IMG/VR virus record: IMGVR_UViG_3300042395_000266
Span: 1 to 55,906 of that record
Length of the DNA stretch: 55,906 nucleotides
Strand: one strand, 5' to 3'
Origin: a virus
Lineage: Duplodnaviria; Caudoviricetes
Both the position numbers and the translations under genes were made by a program. The notes below the pieces were generated by a model. That model was not told the DNA's origin and did no database searches. It saw nothing but the letters and a program-made list of their open reading frames with translations. Positions 19,637-28,349 of this stretch are shown piece by piece (position 1 is the stretch's first letter; each line of letters starts with the position of its first letter).

Positions 19637-20637
19637 AGAACGAGGTCATCGCCATCGCGGCCGACGCGGAGGCCGCTCGCCTTCGCGACGAACTGTCCGC
19701 GATGAAGAAGAAATACCTCGCCGCGCTCAAGCAGTTGGACACAGAGCAGGCGGCAGTCAGGAACCTGACGTCACTTGCCGGCGTCAGGGCCAAGCGGATT
19801 CCGCGGGCCAAGGCCGCAGGCAAGCGACCAGAGGCGACGGTGGTGCTCGTGGTGTCTGATTGGCACGTCGAGGAGACTGTAGACCCCTCTACCTGTCGCT
19901 CGCTCAACCAGTTCTCGCTGGAGATTGCCGACCGCCGCATCAAGCAACTGGTGCAGCGAGCGTCGATGCTCATAGAGCACGAGCGAGGGCTGACGAACAT
20001 TCGCCGCGTCGTCGTGGCCTGCCTTGGTGACCTCATTACGGGCCATATCCACGAAGACTTGGTCGAAATCACGTCGCTGGCCCCGCTGGCGGCGACCCGC
20101 TGGGCCGGCGAGCGGCTGGCCGGCGTGATCGACGCCATGCACGAGATCGCCCCGGTGCTCGTGGCGACGGCCTGCGGCAACCACGGCCGCGTCGGCAAGC
20201 CCAGGATGGCTACCGAGCAGGAACATTCGTTTGAACAGCATCTCTACTTGACGATGGCCCAGGCCGAGAAGCGGCCCACCGTCAAGTGGCAGATCGGCCG
20301 GGGCTACCTCAACATCGTTGACCTCGACGGCTTCGTGCTTCGCGCCCACCACGGTCACGCCATCCGGTTTGCGGGCGGCATCGGCGGCCTGACGATCCCG
20401 ATGAACAAGGCTATCGCCAACTGGAACCAAGCCCAGCGCGCCGATTTAGACGTGCTGGGGCACTGGCACTCGTTTTCCTGGCTGCCCTATCGGTTCGTCG
20501 CGAACGGGTGCCTAATCGGCCACAACGCCTTTGCCGACCGGATCAAGGCCGAGTACCAGCCGCCCAGCCAAAGCCTCATCGTCATCGATCACGAGCACAG
20601 CCGGGTCACGAAGGTTCTCCCGATCTTCCTCACATGA
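19633..20637 (+). CDS. Calcineurin-like metallophosphoesterase
   Basis: SDWH, GD, GNHG, HHGH and GHWH motifs. Confidence 0.85.
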   Translation: MKNEVIAIAADAEAARLRDELSAMKKKYLAALKQLDTEQAAVRNLTSLAGVRAKRIPRAKAAGKRPEATVVLVVSDWHVEETVDPSTCRSLNQFSLEIADRRIKQLVQRASMLIEHERGLTNIRRVVVACLGDLITGHIHEDLVEITSLAPLAATRWAGERLAGVIDAMHEIAPVLVATACGNHGRVGKPRMATEQEHSFEQHLYLTMAQAEKRPTVKWQIGRGYLNIVDLDGFVLRAHHGHAIRFAGGIGGLTIPMNKAIANWNQAQRADLDVLGHWHSFSWLPYRFVANGCLIGHNAFADRIKAEYQPPSQSLIVIDHEHSRVTKVLPIFLT

Positions 20638-21122
20638 CCGAAAAAGACCTCCTCCGCACGGCGGCGTTCGCGGCGGCGAGGCGGTCGCACGACCCCCGCA
20701 CGCAAAACGGGGCCGTGCTGGTGCCTTCCGGTGGTTGGATGCCGGTGGCGGTCGCCGCCAACCACTACCCCGTTCGTTGGTGGGCGGCCGGCAGCCGCCT
20801 GGAGGCGCCGGAGAAGTACCGATACATCGAACACGCCGAGCGCGCCGTGATCTACAAGGCGGCGGCCTGCGGGCAGGCGACCGAGGGATCGACCCTCTAC
20901 TGCCCGTGGTTCGCCTGCACTGACTGCGCCAGGGCGATCATCTGCGCTGGCGTGGCGGCCGTCGTGGGGCATGAGGCCGCCAGGGCGCGCACGCCCTCGC
21001 GGTGGGCAGGCGAGGTCGCGGCGGCCGAGTCGATGCTGACGGATGCCGGAGTCGCCATGCGGTGGCTTGGGGGCACGCTGGGCGTATCCATCCTGTTCGA
21101 CGGCGAGAAACTGGAGTTGTGA
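20634..21122 (+). CDS. dCMP deaminase
   Basis: SHDPRTQNGAVLV, HAE, CTDC zinc motif. Confidence 0.88.
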   Translation: MTEKDLLRTAAFAAARRSHDPRTQNGAVLVPSGGWMPVAVAANHYPVRWWAAGSRLEAPEKYRYIEHAERAVIYKAAACGQATEGSTLYCPWFACTDCARAIICAGVAAVVGHEAARARTPSRWAGEVAAAESMLTDAGVAMRWLGGTLGVSILFDGEKLEL

Positions 21123-21124
21123 CC

Positions 21125-21670
21125 ATGCGACTGATTGGGCTGTGCGGAGCCGCCGGGGCCGGGAAGGGTTCTGTCGCGACGATCTTGCGGAGCCTGGGCT
21201 TCGTGGAGGTGTCGTTTGCCGACCCTTTGTACGCTGCCGTGGCGGCCATCACGGGCATCACAACCGACCGGCTACACGACCGAGCCGTGAAGGAGGCGGT
21301 GATTCCGTGGATCGGAAAGTCGCCTCGGCAACTGCTTCAGACGCTTGGGACGGAATGGGGGCGGCAGATGGTGTGCGACGACCTGTGGGTGCTGTCGGCA
21401 CTGCGGGCCGCCAGCCGGCACGACAGGGTGGTGGTTCCAGACGTGCGGTTCGACAACGAGGCCAGGGCCATCCGCGAGCGCGGTGGTGTCGTCCTGCGGG
21501 TCGTTCGGCCGGGCGTCTCGTGCCTGACAGCCGACACGTCGTCGCACGAAAGCGAGGCCGGAATCAGCGACTACTTGATCGACGGCGAGATCGTGAACGA
21601 CGGCGACCTGACGTGCCTGCCGGGGAAGGTCGATGCGGCCATTCTAAGGCTACCGACCCATATAATGTAA
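21125..21670 (+). CDS. Deoxynucleoside monophosphate kinase (T4 gp1-like)
   Basis: GAAGAGK P-loop, SFADPL, RQLLQTLGTEWGR, DVRFDNE, HESE. Confidence 0.88.
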   Translation: MRLIGLCGAAGAGKGSVATILRSLGFVEVSFADPLYAAVAAITGITTDRLHDRAVKEAVIPWIGKSPRQLLQTLGTEWGRQMVCDDLWVLSALRAASRHDRVVVPDVRFDNEARAIRERGGVVLRVVRPGVSCLTADTSSHESEAGISDYLIDGEIVNDGDLTCLPGKVDAAILRLPTHIM

Positions 21671-21706
21671 GCAGGACACGTTGTCTCGCATGGAGGCGAG
21701 GATGGC

Positions 21707-22006
21707 ATGACTGCCGACGAATTCAAGCAGGGCACAATCGATACGTTTCTCCGTATCGCTGACCGTTTCGGCGTCCCCTGCGTGATCTTGGCAGCGGTTG
21801 TGTATTTCGGCCGCGAGGCCGCCGTTGCGATTCACAGCACGGTCGTTCAGCCGGTCGTGAAAAGCCACGTTGAGTTCCTTGAGACAACGTCAGAAGTGCA
21901 ACAGCAGCAGGCCAGAACGCTTGAGGAACTTGCGACCGGGCAGATCGAAATCAAGGCCGCTCTCACGCGACGGGACGCGGTGACCAACATTGAGGGGAGA
22001 AACTAG
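21707..22006 (+). CDS. Single-TM membrane protein (holin/antiholin-like)
   Basis: FGVPCVILAAVVYFG TM segment then coiled tail; TATAAT at 21661. Confidence 0.5.
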   Translation: MTADEFKQGTIDTFLRIADRFGVPCVILAAVVYFGREAAVAIHSTVVQPVVKSHVEFLETTSEVQQQQARTLEELATGQIEIKAALTRRDAVTNIEGRN

Positions 22007-22008
22007 AC

Positions 22009-22299
22009 ATGGCAGCAGTGGTTTTCACGTCAGTGAGCGTAGGGACAACCGCGACGAGCGTCTTGGCCGCTGCCAGCGGCAACAACTACCAGTTCATCGC
22101 CATCGCCAACAACGGTTCGTCCACAGCCTACCTCAAGTTGGTGCCGACGACGAGCGCCCTGACGACGAGCAACGGCGTCCCCCTGGCCGCCGGCGCTTCG
22201 CTGCTGCTCGACCAAGACCTGACGCCAATCTTCACCAGTGGCATTTCCGCGATCTGCGACACCGGCGCTTCAACGACACTGGCAGTCCAAGCGTACTGA
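22009..22299 (+). CDS. Hypothetical virion protein
   Basis: Small beta-rich ORF; IANNGSSTAYL, GVPLAAG. Confidence 0.6.
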   Translation: MAAVVFTSVSVGTTATSVLAAASGNNYQFIAIANNGSSTAYLKLVPTTSALTTSNGVPLAAGASLLLDQDLTPIFTSGISAICDTGASTTLAVQAY

Positions 22300-22300
22300 C

Positions 22301-23233
22301 ATGGCGTTCCTGAACACCAGCGGAGCGTTTCGATTCATCGGCGGCGCCATCTCTCTGGCAAAGCCGGCCGCTGGGCCGACGTACCACCCAGAGGCGTTGG
22401 CGTGGCGTACGGCAGCACTGGCGAATGGTGGGACAGTGTCTGCCACAACCATGCAGGCGGTCAGCGACCTGTGCCAAGCCGTTGACGACAATTCGCTGCG
22501 GGACAGGTTTATACGCCTGAACCTTTGTTGCGGCAGCAACGTGCAGGCGGCCGTGGTTCCTTTGTATCGCGGTCCTTCTCCAACTGGCACGCAGTACGGT
22601 GACGCCGTGGACGGAAACATCGGGCCATTCGTGACCGGCATTGGATACACGCAGACCACAGGCTTTGTTACAGACTCTTCCAGTTACCTAGACACAGGAA
22701 TGCCCATATCAAACATGCTGGCCGCTGCGGCCAACTATGACGAGGTGCATGTGTCGATGTGGCTGAAGACTGTGGGCACCGGCTCTTCCGCAGAGATGGG
22801 CGGTCTCGACTACTACGCGTGCGCCGGCGACGGCGGCGATGGGCTTTATTTGTCAGCAAGCACTTCGGGCTACATGCAGTCTGTGCCTAACGGCGGCGAT
22901 TACGACATTTCTGCCGCTTCCCAGGGTGCTGGCCTGCACCTAGCCGTGCGGTCATCTGGCTCGCCTTTCTACACGCGAAACGGCATTGACCAAACAATCA
23001 CCTCCAACAGCGGCGGTGGATTCGCTTGGTCGTCCGCAGCCACTGTGGTTTCGCTGCTTGTCCTGGGATACGCCTACACGGACGAGGCGTGCGACATCTA
23101 CAGCCTGCCAAGCGGCTCTGGCCATCAGGTTGGCGGGTACTCATACGGACTGGGCATGAGCACAAGCGGCATGAGGGAGACTTGGTATGACATCTTGCTT
23201 GCGTTTCAGCAGGCTATTGGGAGGGCCGCGTAA
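22301..23233 (+). CDS. Putative receptor-binding protein 1
   Basis: Shares a domain with the C-terminal half of 23487..25136 (VPLYRGPS.TGTQYG). Confidence 0.6.
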   Translation: MAFLNTSGAFRFIGGAISLAKPAAGPTYHPEALAWRTAALANGGTVSATTMQAVSDLCQAVDDNSLRDRFIRLNLCCGSNVQAAVVPLYRGPSPTGTQYGDAVDGNIGPFVTGIGYTQTTGFVTDSSSYLDTGMPISNMLAAAANYDEVHVSMWLKTVGTGSSAEMGGLDYYACAGDGGDGLYLSASTSGYMQSVPNGGDYDISAASQGAGLHLAVRSSGSPFYTRNGIDQTITSNSGGGFAWSSAATVVSLLVLGYAYTDEACDIYSLPSGSGHQVGGYSYGLGMSTSGMRETWYDILLAFQQAIGRAA

Positions 23234-23475
23234 TGGGATGGCTCGCAGTAACAGAATCGCAACGGGGCGGGCTTGAGTCGCTGAATGCGGTGTCTCCAGA
23301 AGTGCGAGTCAATGTCGTTCGCGGATCGCAGGGCGGTTGGCTGGCAAATGACTCCGCACTAAGCGAGGCCGTAGCAGGCGGGTACTTGCAGCATTTCGCC
23401 GCTTGGTACGCAGCCCTGACGCCCAGCGATGACGTGCCGGCACCGCGGCCGCCCAGGCCCGAGCGCCGGAAGTAA
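23233..23475 (+). CDS. Small partner protein 1 (putative RBP chaperone)
   Basis: TAATG coupling; resembles 25133..25450. Confidence 0.5.
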   Translation: MGWLAVTESQRGGLESLNAVSPEVRVNVVRGSQGGWLANDSALSEAVAGGYLQHFAAWYAALTPSDDVPAPRPPRPERRK

Positions 23476-23486
23476 GGACTGACCAG

Positions 23487-25136
23487 ATGGCCGACAAGAA
23501 AATCAGCGAGTTGACAAGCGGTTCCGCTGTCTCGACAAGCGTCGTGCCGGTGAGCGATGCGGCCGGCACGGCGACGACGAAAGTGACGCTGGCCGCTATC
23601 GCAGCCTTGGGCGGCGGCCCGCCGTCAGCCCATGCCAGCACTCACGGCGCAGGCGGCTCCGACGAGGTCACGCCGGCTGCCATCGGTGCTGCCGAAGCCA
23701 CCCACTCGCACGCGGCCGGCGACATCACCAGTGGAGTCCTTGCGGCCGCGAGGCTCCCATCCGCGACGACGACCGCCGCCGGAGCCGTTGTTGTCGGCAG
23801 CGGAATCAACGTCAGCAGCGGGACGATTTCGGCAACAGCGGCCAGCGTCGGCGCCGCGGCAACGGCACACACGCACACGCTGGCAGCAATCACCGATGCC
23901 GGCACGGCCGCAGCCAAGTCTGTGCCGGCCGCCGGAAATGCGAGTTCCACCGAGGTCGTGCTTGGCTCCGACACGAGGCTTTCGGATGCGAGGACGCCAG
24001 CAAGCCATTCGCACGGGAACTTGTCCAACGCTGGCGCCATCGGCGCGGCCGCCGACCAGATCGTCGTGACGACCACGGGAGGTGCGCTGACGACGGTCGG
24101 CACGCTGACGGAGGTTCAGACCTATGTCTCCGATCTATTCACTGTAAATATCGCGACAGACGACTACCTGGGGAATGTCATCACCAGCATCGATGGAGCG
24201 TTCTCCTACACAAACGGCCAAGTCAGCAGCATCAGCACGACAGTCTCGTCGTTGAACAGCAGCGTCTCGTCGCTCCAGACTGCCGACACCTATACCCCAG
24301 GCTACGACGGGGTTGCAGACGCGGACGATTGGGTGAGCCGCGTGAGCGCGCAGGGTGCTTCTGTTTCAACGGCTACACGCGCCGCGGTGACCAGATTTTG
24401 CGTGGCTGTCGCGGCTGCTGGCCTGCGCAGCAAAATCTGGCGAGCGAACGTCTTCGCGGGGAACACCATCGCCGCTGCGATGGTGCCGATCTACCGCGGC
24501 CCGAGCCGAAGCGGCACGCAGTATGGCGGCACCATTGACACGAACAATAATTTCTCCTCCGCGTCGTGGACTGAGGCCAGCGGCCTCGTCGGCAACGGCT
24601 CGACGCGGTACCTGACGCTGGGCACGTTTGCGGAGTTGCGAACTGATTGGGCGACGGGGCATTTTGGGATCGACTACACGGGCGCGGATGCGACGGATCG
24701 GATGCTCTTGGGCGGGTTTTTCAACGAAAGCCTGACCTCGCCGCGAGGCTGGTATCGGATATGGGGTGGCACGACCTACGGCATTAACGGCGTTTTCGGC
24801 AACCCGACGAAGTCCGGGTTCACGCAAAACGCAAACCTGAAGATCGTCAACCGATCCTCGTCCACGTCGCTGTGGTTCTACGAGAGCGGTGAGCGGGTAT
24901 CGACCGAGACGACGACCGCAAATACATCGACGCAGCAGCCGCTGTCCCAGTTTTGCGTGATGGCAGCAGGCTACACGAACGTGAGCGGCGGCTCCGCGAC
25001 GACGAGCGTGAACGGGTACGCGCCAGCCGTCGGCACATGCCGAGGCTACACGATTGGCGACCCCCTGACGCAGTTTCAGGCTTATGCGTTTGGGACGGCG
25101 TGGCTGAGACTCCAGCAGGAATTGGGACGCGCATGA
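23487..25136 (+). CDS. Tail fibre / receptor-binding protein 2
   Basis: MADKKISEL start; HSH/HTH fibre repeats, DTRLSDAR; C-terminal head domain. Confidence 0.75.
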   Translation: MADKKISELTSGSAVSTSVVPVSDAAGTATTKVTLAAIAALGGGPPSAHASTHGAGGSDEVTPAAIGAAEATHSHAAGDITSGVLAAARLPSATTTAAGAVVVGSGINVSSGTISATAASVGAAATAHTHTLAAITDAGTAAAKSVPAAGNASSTEVVLGSDTRLSDARTPASHSHGNLSNAGAIGAAADQIVVTTTGGALTTVGTLTEVQTYVSDLFTVNIATDDYLGNVITSIDGAFSYTNGQVSSISTTVSSLNSSVSSLQTADTYTPGYDGVADADDWVSRVSAQGASVSTATRAAVTRFCVAVAAAGLRSKIWRANVFAGNTIAAAMVPIYRGPSRSGTQYGGTIDTNNNFSSASWTEASGLVGNGSTRYLTLGTFAELRTDWATGHFGIDYTGADATDRMLLGGFFNESLTSPRGWYRIWGGTTYGINGVFGNPTKSGFTQNANLKIVNRSSSTSLWFYESGERVSTETTTANTSTQQPLSQFCVMAAGYTNVSGGSATTSVNGYAPAVGTCRGYTIGDPLTQFQAYAFGTAWLRLQQELGRA

Positions 25137-25450
25137 CGCTTCAAGATTTAGCGGGCCAATTGCCGCTTGCATACGCCGAATCGCTGGAGATCGCACTGGT
25201 CTTCGGTGATTCGCTGGCGGTGCGGCTGGACGAGATTCAGCAAGCGCACGGATGCCCGTGGCTCCGCGTGTCGCCGGTTCGGCTGACAGACGGCCGCTGG
25301 ATGGTGGCAGGCGACATGCTGACTGAAGTCGGGCCTGGGGGTCTTCTGGCGGAAGGCTTCTCACACCTCGACGCGACCAGATTCTCGGAAATAGAGATCG
25401 TGCCGATGGCCGAGGCTGTCGCGATGATCCAGCGGCCCGCAGGCGAATGA
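25133..25450 (+). CDS. Small partner protein 2 (putative RBP chaperone)
   Basis: ATGA overlap; PVRLTDGRWM...LTEV..GG. Confidence 0.55.
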   Translation: MTLQDLAGQLPLAYAESLEIALVFGDSLAVRLDEIQQAHGCPWLRVSPVRLTDGRWMVAGDMLTEVGPGGLLAEGFSHLDATRFSEIEIVPMAEAVAMIQRPAGE

Positions 25451-25465
25451 CCGGAGGAGGACATC

Positions 25466-25822
25466 ATGGCTGAATTTTCGCAACTTCCAGGCACTCTCAA
25501 TATCACCGCGGCCGTCGGTGACACCGTGTCGATCCCGATCCAACTCACTGGGCTGAACATCACCGGATACACGGTCACGGCCGACATTTTCGCGGTGAAG
25601 GCGTCGTCTTCTTCGGCCGACATACTTCAGGAAATCGACACATCGGTCGCGACTGTGCCGCTCTCGGTCACAGTGACAACCGCAACCACGGGCGACCTCA
25701 CCATTGCCTACGAAAACTTCTCTTACGTTTCAGCGAGCAGGAGGTGGAGGCTGCAACTGACGGCGCCGTCTGGCGCGAAGCGGTGCGCGGTCAGCGGCTC
25801 ATTCTCCGCAGCGCTGCCATGA
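25466..25822 (+). CDS. Hypothetical virion protein (BppU-N-like)
   Basis: LNI...GDT, ITGYT pattern; SD GGAGG. Confidence 0.55.
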   Translation: MAEFSQLPGTLNITAAVGDTVSIPIQLTGLNITGYTVTADIFAVKASSSSADILQEIDTSVATVPLSVTVTTATTGDLTIAYENFSYVSASRRWRLQLTAPSGAKRCAVSGSFSAALP

Positions 25823-26118
25823 CCTTTGCCTTCTCTTTCACGCAGGCTGCGACTATTGTGCCGGCGGCAACGGCGGCAACGTCTGTGGTGCCGGCGTTCG
25901 TCCATGCGGCCGCCATCGCCTTGGCCGCTACACCGGCCGCATCTGTGCCATTCTCGGCCACGCAGCAGGCCGCCGTCGCGGTAGTGGACGCTGGCGCTGT
26001 CGTCAGCGTCACTGTGCCCCCGCTGATCGCCCCCCCGTCGTTCTACTCGCTGCTGACAGAGGCCGGCGAAAGGCTGCTGACGCAGGGCGGCGACACTCTT
26101 TCGCAGGAGCGAGCCTAG
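25819..26118 (+). CDS. Hypothetical protein
   Basis: ATGA overlap; C-term LLTEAGERLLTQGG fibre-like motif. Confidence 0.5.
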   Translation: MTFAFSFTQAATIVPAATAATSVVPAFVHAAAIALAATPAASVPFSATQQAAVAVVDAGAVVSVTVPPLIAPPSFYSLLTEAGERLLTQGGDTLSQERA

Positions 26119-26486
26119 TGTTTTGGTGGCTACGGAGGCGGGCCGGCGAACTGTTCGGTGCCCCCAGGTCAGGCCGGTGGCCCAAGGTTCGGGCCGAGGC
26201 CATCCGTCGGCAGCCCTTCTGTGAGGCGTGCGGGCGGGCCAAAGACCTTGAGGTGCATCACGTCATCCCCGTCCACGTCGCCAAAGAGATCGGGCGGCCG
26301 GAATTGGAACTCGACCCCTCCAATCTGGTCGTACTCTGCGGCGACCCGTGCCACTTAGTCCACGGGCACCTCATGTCGTGGAGCCGGCACAACCCCGTCG
26401 TCCGCGAAGACTGCCGCCGCTACCGGCAGCAGATCGAGGCCGCCAAGCCCGCAAAGGCCGCTACCCAACCTTCGGCAGAACGCTGA
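26118..26486 (+). CDS. HNH endonuclease
   Basis: CEAC, VHHVIP, NLVVLC, CHLVHGH. Confidence 0.85.
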   Translation: MFWWLRRRAGELFGAPRSGRWPKVRAEAIRRQPFCEACGRAKDLEVHHVIPVHVAKEIGRPELELDPSNLVVLCGDPCHLVHGHLMSWSRHNPVVREDCRRYRQQIEAAKPAKAATQPSAER

Positions 26487-27324
26487 TCGCGGAAGGGGGC
26501 TTCACGATCCTGGGGTCGAGGTACTTCCGCGTCGTCTTTGGATCGGCGTGGTCGAGCACGTCCTGCGCCGAGACTCCACCGGCTTGCGAGTAACTCGCGC
26601 AGGTCTTACGAATTTTGTGAAACTTGTCCTTGCGGCCGCTTGGCAGCCCCGCTCGCTTGAGGATGATCGCCAGCCGCCGCCAGATGTATTTCGGATTCTT
26701 GTCCCACAGGAACACGGCGTCATCCGGCGTCCGACTCCCCTTGATTGCCTGCATGGCTTCGGCGGTCTGCTCTGTGATCTCTCGCAGTAGGTCGCGCCGC
26801 TTGCCCTTGCGATCTTCTGCCTCGTAGAGAACCGTGAGGCCACGCACGTTGCGCCATCGCAGCGCGAGCACAGACGATATGCGCTCCCCCGTGTCGTAGC
26901 ACACGAGTAGGATCGCACGCCAAAAAAGCGCGGCCGGAGTGCCCGAGATGGTCACCGTTTCCTTGCTGGCTTCTGTCAGGAGCCTTTGAAACTCCTCCGT
27001 AAACCACGCCTCCGGCACCCGCTCTGGCACGTTGACGGGCTGGATGCGGGGCCATGTATCGACCATCTTGCCTCGCGCCGCCCACTCCCATAATGCGCGT
27101 AACTGTGCCCTATCCTTGGCGGCCGTGGCCGGCTCGCGAGTGCGAATCCTGTGCGCCAAGAACCTCGCGACCACGAGTTCGTCAAGGTCAGCGACCGTCG
27201 GCTCGCGCCCAAGGAAGTCGCCAAAACTCTTGATCGTGTATCCGTAGAGTTCAATTGTCCGATCAGAGATGCGGCGCATCGGAGCGTAGAAGTCGTGGAG
27301 CAATTCGGTGAGTTTCATTTTCAT
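26461..27324 (-). CDS. int: Tyrosine recombinase / phage integrase
   Basis: Catalytic R (DTGER), HKIR, LDH and KY residues; N-terminal core-binding domain. Confidence 0.9.
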   Translation of the reverse strand: MKMKLTELLHDFYAPMRRISDRTIELYGYTIKSFGDFLGREPTVADLDELVVARFLAHRIRTREPATAAKDRAQLRALWEWAARGKMVDTWPRIQPVNVPERVPEAWFTEEFQRLLTEASKETVTISGTPAALFWRAILLVCYDTGERISSVLALRWRNVRGLTVLYEAEDRKGKRRDLLREITEQTAEAMQAIKGSRTPDDAVFLWDKNPKYIWRRLAIILKRAGLPSGRKDKFHKIRKTCASYSQAGGVSAQDVLDHADPKTTRKYLDPRIVKPPSAISVLPKVG

Positions 27325-27346
27325 GAAGGAAACATTCCCCACACAA

Positions 27347-27583
27347 TCAGCAGGAGCACCCCCCCCGACTACCTAACTGGGGGGGGGGGGGGTGGGTTCC
27401 GCTAGTCGCAATCTCTACGTTCGTCAACTTGCACGCAGGCCACTCCGCACCGATGGTCAACCTCCACGCTTTTTTGGCTGCCGCGACGGCCGCCGACGGC
27501 GTTGCTGCCGTGACCACCACCTCGTCAGTGTCCTCCACTGGGCCATCCGTCCAATCAACCAGCACCGTCCACCGTCGTGTCAT
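27347..27583 (-). CDS. Hypothetical protein
   Basis: SD AAGGAG; the 3' end spans a C14 tract. Confidence 0.55.
   Translation of the reverse strand: MTRRWTVLVDWTDGPVEDTDEVVVTAATPSAAVAAAKKAWRLTIGAEWPACKLTNVEIATSGTHPPPPQLGSRGGCSC
27359..27392. repeat. C8 ... G14 homopolymer pair (potential hairpin)
   Basis: C run 27359-27366 and G run 27379-27392. Confidence 0.8.
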
Positions 27584-27661
27584 CTGGGCACTCCTTTGCG
27601 TGTCCTTGCGGATCATTCCGCCGATGACATATGACTGTTGCCGCCTCCAGTTGAATTGTCA

Positions 27662-27742
27662 ATCTCAACCGATTGAGCGATGATTTCCACGGGTGCCGGA
27701 TGCGCCGGCGCCCGTGGACATTTAGGCAAGAGAGGTTGAGAT
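27662..27742. promoter_or_regulatory. Nested inverted repeat in the divergent control region
   Basis: ATCTCAACC/GGTTGAGAT outer arms; TCCACGGGTGCCGG-ATGCG-CCGGCGCCCGTGGA inner hairpin. Confidence 0.6.
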
Positions 27743-28277
27743 GGCGAGGCAAGACGTTGCTCTCGGCTCGTATGAGGCCGCGGCGCTGATGGGCGTGCAT
27801 TTCACGCGGCCCGGCCGCATGTTCGACGCGGGGGTGCTGACGGGCCGGCTTCTCGACCCCGTCGCCGCCACGAAAAGCGACCGCTCGTTCGCGATCTTCT
27901 CGTCACTTTCCTGTCAGGAAAACTTTGCGGACTACGAGATCGCGCAGGCCGGCAAGGCCGGCAGGACGTACAGACCGCGGGCGTGGCTGGACGACCGGCC
28001 AGCGATGCTCAAGCGGCTGGCGGCCATGACGCCGAAGATCGACTACGGAGACGCCATCGGGACGGCCGAGGCCGCCAAACTACTAGGTGTCCACATTTCG
28101 CTGGTGCCCAGGCTGGTCACGCAGGGCAAAATTAGCGGGCGGGTGCCGTGGAATCCCCGGCACAGCGGGGGCAGTCGCTGCATCATCATCAGCCGGCGGT
28201 CGTGCGAGGCCAACCGCCGGGAGGTCGCCGCCGCAGAGAAGGCCGGCAAAAAACGGGGCAAAGCCCGCTACGCCTGA
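27741..28277 (+). CDS. Tandem excisionase-like HTH protein
   Basis: Two repeats, LGSYEAAALMGVH and IGTAEAAKLLGVH; divergent from int. Confidence 0.7.
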   Translation: MARQDVALGSYEAAALMGVHFTRPGRMFDAGVLTGRLLDPVAATKSDRSFAIFSSLSCQENFADYEIAQAGKAGRTYRPRAWLDDRPAMLKRLAAMTPKIDYGDAIGTAEAAKLLGVHISLVPRLVTQGKISGRVPWNPRHSGGSRCIIISRRSCEANRREVAAAEKAGKKRGKARYA

Positions 28278-28295
28278 CGGGCCTCGTTTTGTGTC

Positions 28296-28324
28296 TTGAC
28301 GGGTAGCCTGCCAACCCCTATCCT
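28296..28324 (+). promoter_or_regulatory. Promoter of the replication operon
   Basis: TTGACG-17 nt-TATCCT. Confidence 0.6.
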
Positions 28325-28349
28325 CCCCTCCCGCTCAAGGAGGAGTGCG

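Noticed and set aside
22301-25136. Diversity-generating retroelement or shufflon acting on the fibre genes
   Set aside because: No reverse transcriptase, no near-identical TR/VR pair with adenine-specific differences, and no inverted cassettes.
26461-27324. Phage recombinase as an integron integrase (IntI)
   Set aside because: It is 287 aa with no visible IntI-specific insertion before HxxR and lies 11 kb from the array. It looks like an ordinary phage integrase, though activity on attC is untested.
27324-27583. G14 slippage fusing the small ORF to the integrase
   Set aside because: The integrase frame has a TAG at 27375-27373, just past the tract.
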